A stretch of DNA of 64,000 nucleotides from the sequence record SRR22947727_1359. One strand, written 5' to 3'. The notes beneath the pieces were generated by a model. That model was not told where the DNA came from and ran no database searches. It saw only the letters and a list, made by a program, of their open reading frames with translations. This document shows, piece after piece, positions 1 to 10,592 of this stretch (position 1 is its first letter; the number at the start of each line of letters is the position of its first letter). A program made the translations under genes and the position numbers.

Positions 1-3000
1 CTCCGAGCACGTCGCCAGCCGATTGGACGCAGGCGAAGTTGAATGCGATTCGAAATTTGTATGCGAAGCACACGACAACGGTCGAAAAAGGCGAAACGGT
101 GAAGGGCGGCATTCGAGTGGAAACGGGGGTCGGCAGCGGCCATCTCCCGGTGGGGCACTATCTTGATGCGTTGCAAGAACGAGGAAATGCGGAGGGGTTG
201 AATTCAAAATATCTCGGTATTTTGCGCACCGCGCTGGAAGGAAAAGAGCCCTCGCTTTTGCTCGATCCGCTGCGGCAGAAATTTCGCACAAAGCAACTTA
301 CCGCTGATGATATCGAGCCATGGCAGCGGGTGTTGTGGCGTTTTGTTTCGGTTGAACAGGTGGGAAAAAAGGACAGTTCGAAAACATGGCTTGAACCGAT
401 CGCGCCTTTTGCGGCGGAGCGTGAAATGCGGATCAAACTCGGCGGCAACGAAAATGAAGTGACGCTTTTTTTAACCACAACTCCGGCCGGCGATGGCTCG
501 GATGGCGATGACGTGATCTGGGAAAATGCGCGGCTGATTTCTCCCGGCCTTCCAGAATTTCCGATCGATGTTCTCCCGGATTTGACGAAACATTTGGAGG
601 CTGAAAAAGCGCGCATCATCGAGGGGACGGAAGATTGCCTGAACGCGATTGCCGGCGGCCACACGAGCACCAACACGGACTTGTTCGCGATTTGGGAGGA
701 GTATTTGGGGCATGGCGATTTAACTCTCGAACCCCTACTCACAGAAAAAGTGACTAATGGAAATTACAATTTCATCTCGGGCTGGCGGGCAAAGGAAGAT
801 CTCAGTGTGGTGGCGAATTCTTCACCTGACGCGGTTCGCGTTCCCGGCCTTATGAAAGGCAACAGCATTGCGACGCATCCGTCGCCGTCGCGAGCATTGG
901 TCATTGCATGGCGCAGTCCGGTTTCGGGGAAAATCCAGGTGCGAGGTGACGTTGCTGATGCTCACACCGATTGTGGAAATGGAATCCTGTGGTCGCTGGA
1001 AGTGCGGCGCGGAAGGACCACCGAGGTTTTGGCGAGCGGGGAGAGCAAGACTCTCGATCCGCACAAAATTGGGCCGTTTGAAAATGTGCCCGTGGAAAAA
1101 GGGGAGGTTGTGGCTTTCGTCATCAGTCCCGGCGAAGGAAATCATGTCTGCGATCTCACGGCGCTGAACCTGACGGTCACGGATGGAAAGACGACATGGG
1201 ATTTGGCAAAGGATGTCTCGCCAAAAATTCTGGAGTCGAATCCGATCGGTCCCTGGCATTTCCTGAGTCAGCCTGCGGTTGGGGCGGTCGAACCGGCCGA
1301 TCCGGCGGCAATCGCTGCGTGGCGAAGAGAACCGTCTCCGGATTTGGCGAAGAAAGTTCGCGAGCATCTGGAATCTGATTTTCCGCTGAACAGCCCACTG
1401 CTCGCGAGAGCGATTCGTTCGTTTCAGACGAAAAGGGAAACCAGCTCGATCCGCGCGAAAGCGCCTTCGGTGACAGAAGTGAAAATCCCAGCCGCGTTTG
1501 CGAAAAACAGTGAATTCGTTGTCAGGGGAAAACTTGCTTCGGTGGAGACGGGCAGCGTGCAGATGCAGGTGCTTTTGAAAAAACCGTCCGTACTCGACGA
1601 AAAACTGCTCATTGGCGGTTCCGAATCGATTCTGAAAAAAGGACAATGGACTGACAATAATCTCGATACCCGCTTCGACATTCCAGTGCTCGTGAACGAC
1701 GGGAGCGATGCGAAAATGAAATTCGAGAAGGCCTTTGGCGAGTTTCGCGATCTATTTCCAGTGGCGCTTTGTTACCCAAAAATAGTGCCGGTCGATGGCG
1801 TGGTGACGCTGAAACTTTATTTTCGTGAGGATCATCATTTGAAGCGACTCATGCTCGACGAAGCGGAATCGGCGCGGCTCGACCGGCTGTGGGACGATCT
1901 GTTTTTTGTGAGCGACGCTCCGCTGAAACAGGTCGATGCGTTTGATCAGATTTGGCAATACGCCACTCAGGATGCCGACCCGAGTGCGCTGGAGCCTTTT
2001 CGTGAAACGATTCGGCGCGCTGCGGAAGATTTTCGGGCCCGGCAAAAAACGGCCGAAACGCGACAGCGCGATGCGGCCATCGAATTTGCGGCGGAAGCCT
2101 GGCGGCGTCCTCTGTCCGGTGCAGAATCGACGGAGCTGGTCGCGCTTTATCAAAAATTGCGTGATCAGGAATTGCCACACGAGGCGTCAGTTCGGCAACT
2201 GATCGCTCGGGTTCTGGTCGCACCGAAGTTTTTGTATCGGGGAGAATCGGCGGCTCCCGGCCCTGATGCTGCACCGGTGAGCGATTGGGAATTGGCCACG
2301 CGACTCAGTTATTTTCTATGGTCTTCAAGCCCGGATGCTGAATTGAAAGCTGCCGTTGCTGCTGGCGATTTTCGGAATTCTGATGGGTTAGCGAAACAGA
2401 CGCACCGCATGATTTCTCACCCTAACATTCGCAGACTCGCGACCGAATTTGGAACGCAATGGCTGCACGTTCGGTCTCTGGAAACGCTTGATGAAAAGAG
2501 CGAGCGACATTTTCCTGAGTTCACTGAAATTCGTGCGGACATGCAGGAAGAGGCTGTGCGATTCTTCATCGACCTCTTTGGAAATGATCAATCGCTTCTT
2601 TCTCTGCTCGACGCGGACCACAGTTTTGTGAGTCCGGCGTTGGCGAAATTTTACGGAATCGAATCGGCGAGCGGCGGAGACTGGCAGCGAGTTGAAGGAC
2701 TTCGCAAAAAAGGGCGCGGCGGCATCCTTGGATTTTCCGCGACGCTGGCGAAACATAGCGGTGCCTCCCGAACCAGCCCGATCCTTCGCGGGAATTGGGT
2801 GAGTGAAGTCCTGCTCGGCGAAAAATTGCCACGTCCGCCGAAGGACGTTCCTGTCTTGCCTGAAGAAGCGCCGGAGGGACTAACCGAACGACAACTGATT
2901 GAGAGGCACAGTACCGATGCGAGTTGTGCGCGATGCCATGCGAAGATCGATCCGCTCGGCTTTGCTTTAGAGGGATTCGATGCGATCGGGCGATCTCGCG

Positions 3001-3287
3001 GCGGTGCAGATGTGAAAGCGAAGCTGAACGACGGCACGGAGTTTGAGGGAATCGATGGGCTTCGAGGATATCTGATCGGAGCGCGCCGTGACGATTTTGT
3101 TCGCCAATTTTGTCGGAAATTTCTAGGCTACGCATTGGGTCGAAGCGTGCAACTATCCGACCAGCCGTTGCTCGATGACATTCAAACCGCGCTTGAGAAA
3201 AATGACTTCCGAGTGGGCGTCGTGATCGAAAAAATTGTGCAAAGCCCGCAATTCCAAAACGTTCGCGGACGAGACTTTCAACACTGA
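1..3287 (+). CDS. DUF1592/DUF1588/DUF1585/DUF1595-domain protein (PVC-type, heme CxxCH), 5'-partial
   Basis: Frame open to the window edge. Motifs ELATRLSYFLWSSSPD, RTSPILRGNWV, CARCHAKIDPLGFALEGFDAIGR and YALGRS; directly upstream of a DUF1552 gene. Confidence 0.9.
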   Translation, partial: PSTSPADWTQAKLNAIRNLYAKHTTTVEKGETVKGGIRVETGVGSGHLPVGHYLDALQERGNAEGLNSKYLGILRTALEGKEPSLLLDPLRQKFRTKQLTADDIEPWQRVLWRFVSVEQVGKKDSSKTWLEPIAPFAAEREMRIKLGGNENEVTLFLTTTPAGDGSDGDDVIWENARLISPGLPEFPIDVLPDLTKHLEAEKARIIEGTEDCLNAIAGGHTSTNTDLFAIWEEYLGHGDLTLEPLLTEKVTNGNYNFISGWRAKEDLSVVANSSPDAVRVPGLMKGNSIATHPSPSRALVIAWRSPVSGKIQVRGDVADAHTDCGNGILWSLEVRRGRTTEVLASGESKTLDPHKIGPFENVPVEKGEVVAFVISPGEGNHVCDLTALNLTVTDGKTTWDLAKDVSPKILESNPIGPWHFLSQPAVGAVEPADPAAIAAWRREPSPDLAKKVREHLESDFPLNSPLLARAIRSFQTKRETSSIRAKAPSVTEVKIPAAFAKNSEFVVRGKLASVETGSVQMQVLLKKPSVLDEKLLIGGSESILKKGQWTDNNLDTRFDIPVLVNDGSDAKMKFEKAFGEFRDLFPVALCYPKIVPVDGVVTLKLYFREDHHLKRLMLDEAESARLDRLWDDLFFVSDAPLKQVDAFDQIWQYATQDADPSALEPFRETIRRAAEDFRARQKTAETRQRDAAIEFAAEAWRRPLSGAESTELVALYQKLRDQELPHEASVRQLIARVLVAPKFLYRGESAAPGPDAAPVSDWELATRLSYFLWSSSPDAELKAAVAAGDFRNSDGLAKQTHRMISHPNIRRLATEFGTQWLHVRSLETLDEKSERHFPEFTEIRADMQEEAVRFFIDLFGNDQSLLSLLDADHSFVSPALAKFYGIESASGGDWQRVEGLRKKGRGGILGFSATLAKHSGASRTSPILRGNWVSEVLLGEKLPRPPKDVPVLPEEAPEGLTERQLIERHSTDASCARCHAKIDPLGFALEGFDAIGRSRGGADVKAKLNDGTEFEGIDGLRGYLIGARRDDFVRQFCRKFLGYALGRSVQLSDQPLLDDIQTALEKNDFRVGVVIEKIVQSPQFQNVRGRDFQH

Positions 3288-3292
3288 TTTCA

Positions 3293-4624
3293 ATGAACTC
3301 GAATTTATTCTCCCGACGCAATTTCCTCCGAGGAACCGGAGTCAGCCTGGCGCTTCCGTGGCTCGAATCTCACAACGTCTGGGGTGATGAGCCGAAAAAA
3401 AACAAACCAGCCAGTGAGGCACCGGTCCGGCTTGCTGTCGTGTTTTCAGGGAACGGGTTTCATTCCAGCGAATGGTGGGCGAAGGGTGAAGGCGCTGCGA
3501 TGGAGCTTGGAAAAGTGCTGGAGCCGCTCGCGAATTTTCGGGAGAAAATGCTTTTTATAAACGGGCTCTATCACGAAGAAGCTCGAAAGGGAAATATCCA
3601 CAGTTCGCAGACGGGAAATTTGCTTTCCGGTGCGCCAATTGCGTCGGGTGGCGAAATCCGTTCGGGCACGAGCATGGATCAATTGTTGGCTCAATCTTAC
3701 GGCAGAACCACCAAAGTCCCGAGTCTGGTTCTCGGTTGCGAACGCTCAAATCCATCGGTTCACAAAAATTATTCGATGCTCTACAGCTCCCACATTTCAT
3801 GGAGCTCGCCGACCACACCGACGCCGCTGGAAATCTATCCCGCCTTGGCGTTCGATCGGCTTTTTAAAGACGCCGCGACACCCGCCGACAAATCGGTACT
3901 CGATGCGATTCTTTCCGATGCGAAGTCGCTGCGGAACAACATCAGTAAAACAGATCAGCAGAAGCTGGACGAGTATTTGAATTCTGTTCGAGAGGTCGAG
4001 CAGCGAATCGAAAACGCGGGAAAACGCGGCGAACTTCAAGGCTGGCGTCCGACGATCGCGGAGCCAAACATGGACCGGCCTGCCGACGGAATTCCGCAGG
4101 ACATCGGCGAACATATGCGACTGATGTGCGATATCATGGTGCTCGGATTTCAAACAGATACGACCCGCATCACGACGCTGAAATTGAACAACGATCACAG
4201 CGCGCTCCGTTTCCCGAATCTCAAATCGATACAACAGCCCGGCAGTGGAATTGATTACATGATCCACCATTTGCTTTCGCATTCCGACAATCAAGATTGG
4301 CTGCGGGTGAATCAATTTTTCATGGAGCAAATCGCATACCTTGCCGGGAAACTCGACGCGATTCAGGAAGGCGAACGCACCCTGCTCGATAACACGATGC
4401 TGCTGAGTTGTTCGAGCATGATGGCCGGGGCCAAGCACAACAACGATCAGCTTCCCATCATGCTTCTCGGCAACGCCGGAGGTCGTATCAAAGCCGGACG
4501 AGTCCTTGATTACAAAGGCAAACCTGATCGCCAGCTCTCGCGGCTTTTTCTATCGATGATGGATAAAATGGACGTTCGCCTCAACGAGTTCGGCGACGCG
4601 AAATCGATGCTGGAGGAAGTATAG
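3293..4624 (+). CDS. DUF1552 (HxxSH) family protein, Tat signal
   Basis: SRRNFLRG Tat motif, LALPWLES, P.LAFDRLF, HHLLSH; the usual partner of DUF1592 genes. Confidence 0.9.
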   Translation: MNSNLFSRRNFLRGTGVSLALPWLESHNVWGDEPKKNKPASEAPVRLAVVFSGNGFHSSEWWAKGEGAAMELGKVLEPLANFREKMLFINGLYHEEARKGNIHSSQTGNLLSGAPIASGGEIRSGTSMDQLLAQSYGRTTKVPSLVLGCERSNPSVHKNYSMLYSSHISWSSPTTPTPLEIYPALAFDRLFKDAATPADKSVLDAILSDAKSLRNNISKTDQQKLDEYLNSVREVEQRIENAGKRGELQGWRPTIAEPNMDRPADGIPQDIGEHMRLMCDIMVLGFQTDTTRITTLKLNNDHSALRFPNLKSIQQPGSGIDYMIHHLLSHSDNQDWLRVNQFFMEQIAYLAGKLDAIQEGERTLLDNTMLLSCSSMMAGAKHNNDQLPIMLLGNAGGRIKAGRVLDYKGKPDRQLSRLFLSMMDKMDVRLNEFGDAKSMLEEV

Positions 4625-4629
4625 TGAAA

Positions 4630-5618
4630 TAGAAAAATCAATATTTCCCGACCTCTGATCCCCGCTGGCGCGAGCAGGAGCGCGGTTAGAAAAAAGCGAT
4701 CCACAAACCTCATAATAGCAGCATCAACATGAAGAGACAGTTTACTTACCTTTGCGCAGCAATATTCGTCGGCAGCATTTCGGCACACAGCCAGCTTCGC
4801 CAATCCATTCTGAATGCGGAAGGTCCAATCTGGTTCCTTGGATCGCTGCTTTAGACGATCCAATTGGTTTTCTAAAATCCCAACTGCCAGTTGATCTTTC
4901 GTCATCCCATCCTTCAGCGGAATACGAGTCCCAAGAGCTTCGGAGAACCACGCGCGGAAACCATCACCTAATTCGCCTCGACAATCATCTTCACCCTTAC
5001 CCGGAGAGTCTACGGCAATAGCAAGCACCATCACCTTCGGAGACGCCGGATGTTCGGCGAGAAGCTCTTTTAGCCCTATCGCAGCCTCAGAGAATTGGGC
5101 GTTGAACACTACATCGGTGTCGCCGATGTAGATCACTTCGGCTGGTCGTAATTCAGTAAGCACTTCGCTCAATCAGGGGTGAGAAACCCATTTGATCGGT
5201 AACCGTAGAAGCCAGGTAATCCGACCGCCGCTAACCCCTCGGACGCAAGGGCAAGAGCCTTCTTTTCTCCCTCGATCAGATAAAGGCACCCATTCCTCTC
5301 ATGTCCGAGAATCCACAGTGTTAAATATGAGTGAGCGCCTGTGTTCCGCCTTTGCGAATACTTCTGATCTCCTCGAGACCTGAGAAGCCGTATCCGGGCG
5401 AAGTCATATCCATCGTCGTGGACAGGATCACCATAAGCAGTGAAGTAAGGAAATAGTACGCCCTCTTCTTTGAGACCATACTCGCCGGAGGCATTGGGCT
5501 GTGTTGCTACCTCCAGCTTTGCCGACTTGATCAATTCTTCCGAGATGCCAGCCAGATCGAAGTCTGAAATTGCAGGCGGAGCGTTTTGTTCCGCAGAGTT
5601 GTTAATAGAGTTTGTCAT
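4630..5618 (-). pseudogene. DUF3854/TOPRIM primase-like protein, frameshifted at ~5170 and 3'-truncated
   Basis: ORF 5169-5618 has LIEGEKKALAL..EGLAAVGLPG. ORF 4510-5172 continues with IYIGDTD...PGKGEDD. One added T (gat-Ttg-agc) joins them as PDLSEVL. Confidence 0.7.
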
Positions 5619-5818
5619 TTCTTAGAAGCAGTGTTCGGCAGATTGCTTTGGGGACTCTCTACCCACAGAATTCCACTGAACTTCTGAATCCGGTCGTGAG
5701 AATCGGAGCAGCCTGCCTGGCTGAAATTAGTTGCGTCCTACTCGTCTCTCTCGAATCAAATCCTTAGCCGCCAAAATTCGCCAGAATTTGAAACTCCGTA
5801 ACTCATTGAAAATAAAAG
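4630..5818 (-). mobile_element. Decayed tRNA-Ser-integrated island or satellite remnant (no integrase seen)
   Basis: Directly downstream of the tRNA-Ser 3' end and carries a primase-type gene. The att-flank-like motif CGTAACTCATTGAAAATAAA lies at ~5797-5816. Left boundary uncertain. Confidence 0.55.
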
Positions 5819-5905
5819 CAGAGGGAGTGGGATTCGAACCCACGGTAGCTTGCGCTACACTCGATTTCGAATCGAGCGCCTTAAACCGGACTCAGCCATC
5901 CCTCC
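5819..5905 (-). tRNA. tRNA-Ser(CGA)
   Basis: GGAGGGATGGCTGAGTCCGGTTTAAGGCG-CTCGA-TTCGAAA-TCGAG, long variable arm, GTGGGTTCGAATCCCAC-TCCCTCT-G; CCA not encoded. Confidence 0.96.
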
Positions 5906-5916
5906 TTAATGAGAGG

Positions 5917-5944
5917 ATAATATCCCCTTTTCGACAGCTTTCAA
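5917..5944 (-). promoter_or_regulatory. sigma70-like promoter of tRNA-Ser
   Basis: TTGAAA-N16-TATTAT, 11 nt upstream of the tRNA. Confidence 0.6.
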
Positions 5945-6134
5945 GAGATCGCCCCGGATACGAGTAATTTGAGATTTTACTTTAAGAAACTCACCTCTAG
6001 ATCGTTATCAAGAACGGAGGAATGTCTTTACGAAACTGGAATAATTATAATTTCTAGAGTATTTTGGCCTGAGTTTAGATGGACTTCCTACTAATTTCAG
6101 TATAAATTAAGCAAAATTTTCACATTTGAGCTTC

Positions 6135-8039
6135 ATGCAGGAAAAACTTCTCAGAAACGCGCCCCTAAATTCATTGTGGTGTCATGCCCTCGTTATCACG
6201 TTGGCATCCGTTGCAATTTCAACTTCTGCATCAGCCCAAAATATCTCGACGGCGGCTCCATCGGGCGCATCAGGCATGACGACTGGCTCTTCCAGCACAA
6301 CGGGTAGCCAGATGAAATTAATGCAGATACGAGCTCAGGCGTATCAGGCAAAAAAAGATACCGAAGCGGCATCACTAGCCCGCTCAACGGATCGGGCACT
6401 TGAGGAGCGTAATTTATCAAGTGCAGTGACGAAATCTCGGCAGATCAAGCAGATCAAACAAAATGCTGCCCGCAAGATGGAGTTTGAGAAATCAAGCCAA
6501 GCATACAATAAAGTGAGCTCGAACGACATTTCCCGATGGACTGACCAACGGGGAAACGTAAAAGTTCAGCGCGACGCTCCCGTTTTCAACAACCCTCTCG
6601 GAGAACCACCTGCGGATGCTGTCAATCCTCCAACGTTGGACCGAACTGATTCCTCACCGCTCGAAGAAGAGGAGCGCAGTGGGTTTTCTCCTTTTAAAGG
6701 GGCAGGGAATGCCGTGAAGAAAATTGGCGGAATGAATCCGTTTAAGAAAAAGGACGAGAAAATCGGACTCCGGGTTCCTGAAGTCGATCTTAACGCTCCT
6801 GCAAAAAAGGAGAACAAGGGTTTTCTCAGCGGGTTGACTTTCATTGGCAAAAAGGACAACGTTCAGCAAAATTTACTCGTTTCTCCAGAGCCAGTTGCTC
6901 CGGTTGAGAAAGAGAAAAAAGGCTTTTTGAAGGGAATTGGACAAAACCTTCCGCTAATCGGCAAAAAGAACAGGAATGACAATATTTATGCTCCTTCAGC
7001 ACCGGTGCAGCCAACGGCTCCGATTCAACAGCCCGTTGCCACCACAGCGCCACCCTCGCCTGTGAAAGTTCAAGGATCGACAATGGTTGATGGCATTGCC
7101 AGGGTTCCGAATGCAAACAACACAGTGAGCCCGGTTGCCCCTGCCAATATCGATTCCGTTGCCACTACGCCGACCGCGAGTAATTCGAATACAGATGTGA
7201 ACATGCCGCCAGTGGAAGAAAAGCCCGGCTTCATGGGCCGCCTCCGCAACGTTGGCGACAAAATCAATCCGTTTTCTAAAAATGACGCAGAGCCAGTGGG
7301 CGGAGAAATTGCAACCGCTCCAAATCTTGCTGTTGAGGAAGAGAAGACCAGTTTTATGTCCAAATTCAACAAAAAGGATGACGCTTCTCAGCCAACGGCT
7401 ACTGCTCCAGCGGCCGTTGCTACGGCGGACAAACCTGGGCTCATGGATCGTTTCCGTGGAATTGGAGGAACCTCAGCTCAAGGAAATCGTGTCGGCGGAA
7501 ATGGAACGATCGATGCCAGCTTGTTTCCCGATGGTTCAACATCCGCCACACCAATGGGCGGACCGTTAACTGCCGCCGCACCAGCAGCGCCCAACACAAC
7601 AGCGGCTGGCAGAAGCGGACCAACTGGAGAGTTCGCAGCAGCTCCATCTTCCGATCTTCCGGGACAAGAGAAAAAAGGATTACAATTCCCGACACTCACA
7701 GTTCCTGATTTTTCCGAAGTTGGAAAACCAGATCCAACAGTTCCGAAAAAATGGAAAGAGCGCACCACCAGTCACAAAGGTGGTTCAAACTATTATGTCG
7801 TCAGCGCAGCAACCAATTTTATGAAATTTGGCAGATCTCAGTTTAATTCTGAAGTTTCCGAGCTTGCCCCAGGCACTGTGGTTCGAATGACAAAACCAGG
7901 TGACGAGTGGTCTTTGATCCAACTTCAAAACGGATCGAATGGCATTGTAAAAAATAAGTCGCTCCGCCCAGCCCAAGCGGCGGAGGTCCCTTCGGGATTT
8001 GGAACTGCTACCGCACCCGCGAGCATCAGTGCCAACTAA
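6135..8039 (+). CDS. Secreted low-complexity protein with C-terminal SH3 (SH3b-like) domain
   Basis: Hydrophobic signal ending ASA-Q and a Pro/Ala/Thr-rich body. C-terminal LAPGTVVRMTKPGDEWSLIQLQNGSNGIVKNKSL is SH3-like. Confidence 0.7.
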   Translation: MQEKLLRNAPLNSLWCHALVITLASVAISTSASAQNISTAAPSGASGMTTGSSSTTGSQMKLMQIRAQAYQAKKDTEAASLARSTDRALEERNLSSAVTKSRQIKQIKQNAARKMEFEKSSQAYNKVSSNDISRWTDQRGNVKVQRDAPVFNNPLGEPPADAVNPPTLDRTDSSPLEEEERSGFSPFKGAGNAVKKIGGMNPFKKKDEKIGLRVPEVDLNAPAKKENKGFLSGLTFIGKKDNVQQNLLVSPEPVAPVEKEKKGFLKGIGQNLPLIGKKNRNDNIYAPSAPVQPTAPIQQPVATTAPPSPVKVQGSTMVDGIARVPNANNTVSPVAPANIDSVATTPTASNSNTDVNMPPVEEKPGFMGRLRNVGDKINPFSKNDAEPVGGEIATAPNLAVEEEKTSFMSKFNKKDDASQPTATAPAAVATADKPGLMDRFRGIGGTSAQGNRVGGNGTIDASLFPDGSTSATPMGGPLTAAAPAAPNTTAAGRSGPTGEFAAAPSSDLPGQEKKGLQFPTLTVPDFSEVGKPDPTVPKKWKERTTSHKGGSNYYVVSAATNFMKFGRSQFNSEVSELAPGTVVRMTKPGDEWSLIQLQNGSNGIVKNKSLRPAQAAEVPSGFGTATAPASISAN

Positions 8040-8057
8040 TTATTTCGCTCACCGTTT

Positions 8058-8100
8058 CGATCCAACCCTGTTGGATTATCGAACAGACAGCATTGAATCG
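8058..8100. repeat. REP-like palindromic repeat (degenerate doublet)
   Basis: CGATCCAACCCTGTTGGATT matches the 21-bp unit CGAACCAACCCTGTTGGTTCG. Confidence 0.6.
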
Positions 8101-8156
8101 TATTCCCGCCTTTTTCAAACAGTGGGCAATCACTATATGGTTTACGCTTTGAAACC

Positions 8157-10592
8157 ATGACGACAGCGACCTGCCAGTTGCAAATTTCCTACCGATTCCT
8201 GATCCTGATCTTCTTCTCGATTTCGGTAGCGTCACATTCTCAGGAGAAGCTCCCACAGTTACTCAGAACTCCGGTCCGCACTGAAGCACCCCAATCCGCT
8301 CCCCACCCAATCGATGGATTTATTTTTGATCAGCTCAAGAAGTCAGGGCTTTCAACGTCTCCTCCGGCGAATTCTTCCACATTTCTACGACGGGCTCACT
8401 TTGTTCTCACGGGGCTTCCTCCAACACCGGAACAAGTTTCTGGATTCGAAAAAAATCCAGATCCGGGGAAGTTAATTGACGTACTACTCAACTCCCACCG
8501 CTATGGCGAACGTTGGGCACAGCATTGGCTGGACATCATTCGGTGGTCCGAAACCGTTGGCTTTGAAACCAATCTCGAACGCAAAAATGCATGGCACTAC
8601 CGTGATTGGGTGATTGATGCGCTCAACTCGGATAAGCCTTACGATGAATTCGTTTTCGAACAAATTGCAGGCGACACCAAAGGTGTTGATGCCGCACTGG
8701 GATTTCTGGTCGCCGGGCCGGCCAATCTTCCAGGGCAAATTGGCCGCGATATTGAAGCGATGCGCCAAGCGAGACAAGATGAATTGGATGAAGTGATTCG
8801 AACGGTTAGCCAAAGTTTACTGGGCCTGACCATTGGCTGTGCTCGCTGTCACGATCACAAATTCGATCCCATCACTGAACGTGATTATTATGCCATGCAG
8901 GCCATTTTCTCCGGACTCACGTATGGCGACCGGCGGTTGAGAGGGATGGAAAATGATTTGTGGGCCGATCGAATTCCCGAGATCGAGGATCATCTCAATG
9001 CGCTGAAAGAGGAACTCGAAAACCAGCGATTGAAGCTAAAACTTCAACCACCGCTCGCTGACGTTCAGACAGATTTGTTTGAACCAATTGAAGCGCAGGC
9101 CATCCGCATGGTTATTTACGGAACGGGAGATGGCAAAGCGGCTTCACTTTACGAATTCGAAGGGTGGTCCAAGGAAATAAACGTCGCCCTAGCTACGAAT
9201 GGAGCCACTCCGAACGCATCCAGTTTTGCCCTCTCTAATCAGACGCGACATTTCGATAATCTCGTCGACGGCAGCACTGATAAACGACAGGCTTTTCCCT
9301 GGGTGTCCGCAACGCCCGGGCAGGCATTCATTGAAATCAAATTCGCGAAGGCGGAAACGATCGAACGCGTCGTTTGGCACCGGGGTTCATCAATGCCTGC
9401 CGATTACCTAATCGAAGTGCTGCCGCCAAATTCAAAAGAGTGGAAAACGGTCGGTCATGCGTTGAATCGGTTCCCACGAACCGACGACACCCGAGCGGCA
9501 GAAAAAATGATGGTTGTCACCCCTTCGGAAATCAACACCCAACAAATCACAACGCTGACCGCGGCGATTCGAAAACAACAGGCCGAGCTCGCACGACTTT
9601 CCGCAGGCCCACAAACGTACGCTGCCAATTTTTCGACTGAACTTGAACCCACTTTCGTTTTGAAACGGGGCGATCCGATGCAAAACAGCGGGATGATTGC
9701 GCCGGCAGTTCCTGTTGTGTTGGGAGACTTAAAACTCACCGAAAAAACTCCCGAACCGGAACGTCGCGTTGCTCTAGCGACCAATCTTACACGCACTGAT
9801 CATCCCCTCACCGCTCGCGTGATTGTAAACCGAGTTTGGCAATATCATTTCGGCGCTGGCCTGATTTCTACCACTTCCGACTTCGGGAAAATGGGCGCCG
9901 CGCCGACTCATCCCGAGCTGCTCGATTTTCTCGCCGTTTGGTTTGTCGAGAATGGCTGGTCGCTCAAGAAACTGCATCGGCTGATCATGACGTCACAAAC
10001 GTTTCAGCAATCCAGTCGTCCAAATCCGGCCGCAGCAAAAATTGACGCCGAGTCTCGATTGCTTTGGAGATTTCCTCCCCGGCGACTTGAAGCCGAAGCA
10101 ATTCGCGACACCATCCTCGCCGTCAGTGGCAAATTAAACCTCGAAACAGGCGGCCCCGGCTGGGATTTATTCAATCGTCGCGGCGGACTTTCTGATTACA
10201 CCTCGAAAGAAACATTCGATGAATCCGGATGGCGGCGAATGATTTACGCTCACAAAATTCGGATGCAGGCCGTTGATATTTTCAGCGCATTCGACTGTCC
10301 TGATGGAGGCCAACTCACTCCCACCCGAACACAATCAATCACGCCACTTCAATCCCTCAGCTTGCTCAACAGCCCTTTCGCAAATCGGCAGGCAACGTTC
10401 TTTGCCGAACGAGTAAAATCTGAAGCAGGTCTCGATCTTACAAAACAAATCGATCGCGCCTTTCAACTCGCCTACTCAAGATCACCCCTCGATAAAGAGC
10501 GCTGCATGATGATCGAACTGGCGCATAAACACGGACTCAATCAAGTCTGCCGTGCGATTTTAAACTCCAGCGAATTTGTCTTCATTCCATGA
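8157..10592 (+). CDS. DUF1549/DUF1553 (PSCyt2/PSD1) protein with F5/8-C-like insert
   Basis: [67 protein letters not shown]. Confidence 0.92.
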   Translation: MTTATCQLQISYRFLILIFFSISVASHSQEKLPQLLRTPVRTEAPQSAPHPIDGFIFDQLKKSGLSTSPPANSSTFLRRAHFVLTGLPPTPEQVSGFEKNPDPGKLIDVLLNSHRYGERWAQHWLDIIRWSETVGFETNLERKNAWHYRDWVIDALNSDKPYDEFVFEQIAGDTKGVDAALGFLVAGPANLPGQIGRDIEAMRQARQDELDEVIRTVSQSLLGLTIGCARCHDHKFDPITERDYYAMQAIFSGLTYGDRRLRGMENDLWADRIPEIEDHLNALKEELENQRLKLKLQPPLADVQTDLFEPIEAQAIRMVIYGTGDGKAASLYEFEGWSKEINVALATNGATPNASSFALSNQTRHFDNLVDGSTDKRQAFPWVSATPGQAFIEIKFAKAETIERVVWHRGSSMPADYLIEVLPPNSKEWKTVGHALNRFPRTDDTRAAEKMMVVTPSEINTQQITTLTAAIRKQQAELARLSAGPQTYAANFSTELEPTFVLKRGDPMQNSGMIAPAVPVVLGDLKLTEKTPEPERRVALATNLTRTDHPLTARVIVNRVWQYHFGAGLISTTSDFGKMGAAPTHPELLDFLAVWFVENGWSLKKLHRLIMTSQTFQQSSRPNPAAAKIDAESRLLWRFPPRRLEAEAIRDTILAVSGKLNLETGGPGWDLFNRRGGLSDYTSKETFDESGWRRMIYAHKIRMQAVDIFSAFDCPDGGQLTPTRTQSITPLQSLSLLNSPFANRQATFFAERVKSEAGLDLTKQIDRAFQLAYSRSPLDKERCMMIELAHKHGLNQVCRAILNSSEFVFIP

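Noticed and set aside
4510-4715. Signal-peptide-like MRFVDRFFLTALLLAPAG in the tail of the island ORF
   Set aside because: No downstream body (it runs antisense into the DUF1552 gene); cannot be supported as a gene.
5731-5967. 78-aa ORF (AEGVGFEPT...)
   Set aside because: Typical antisense translation of a tRNA gene.
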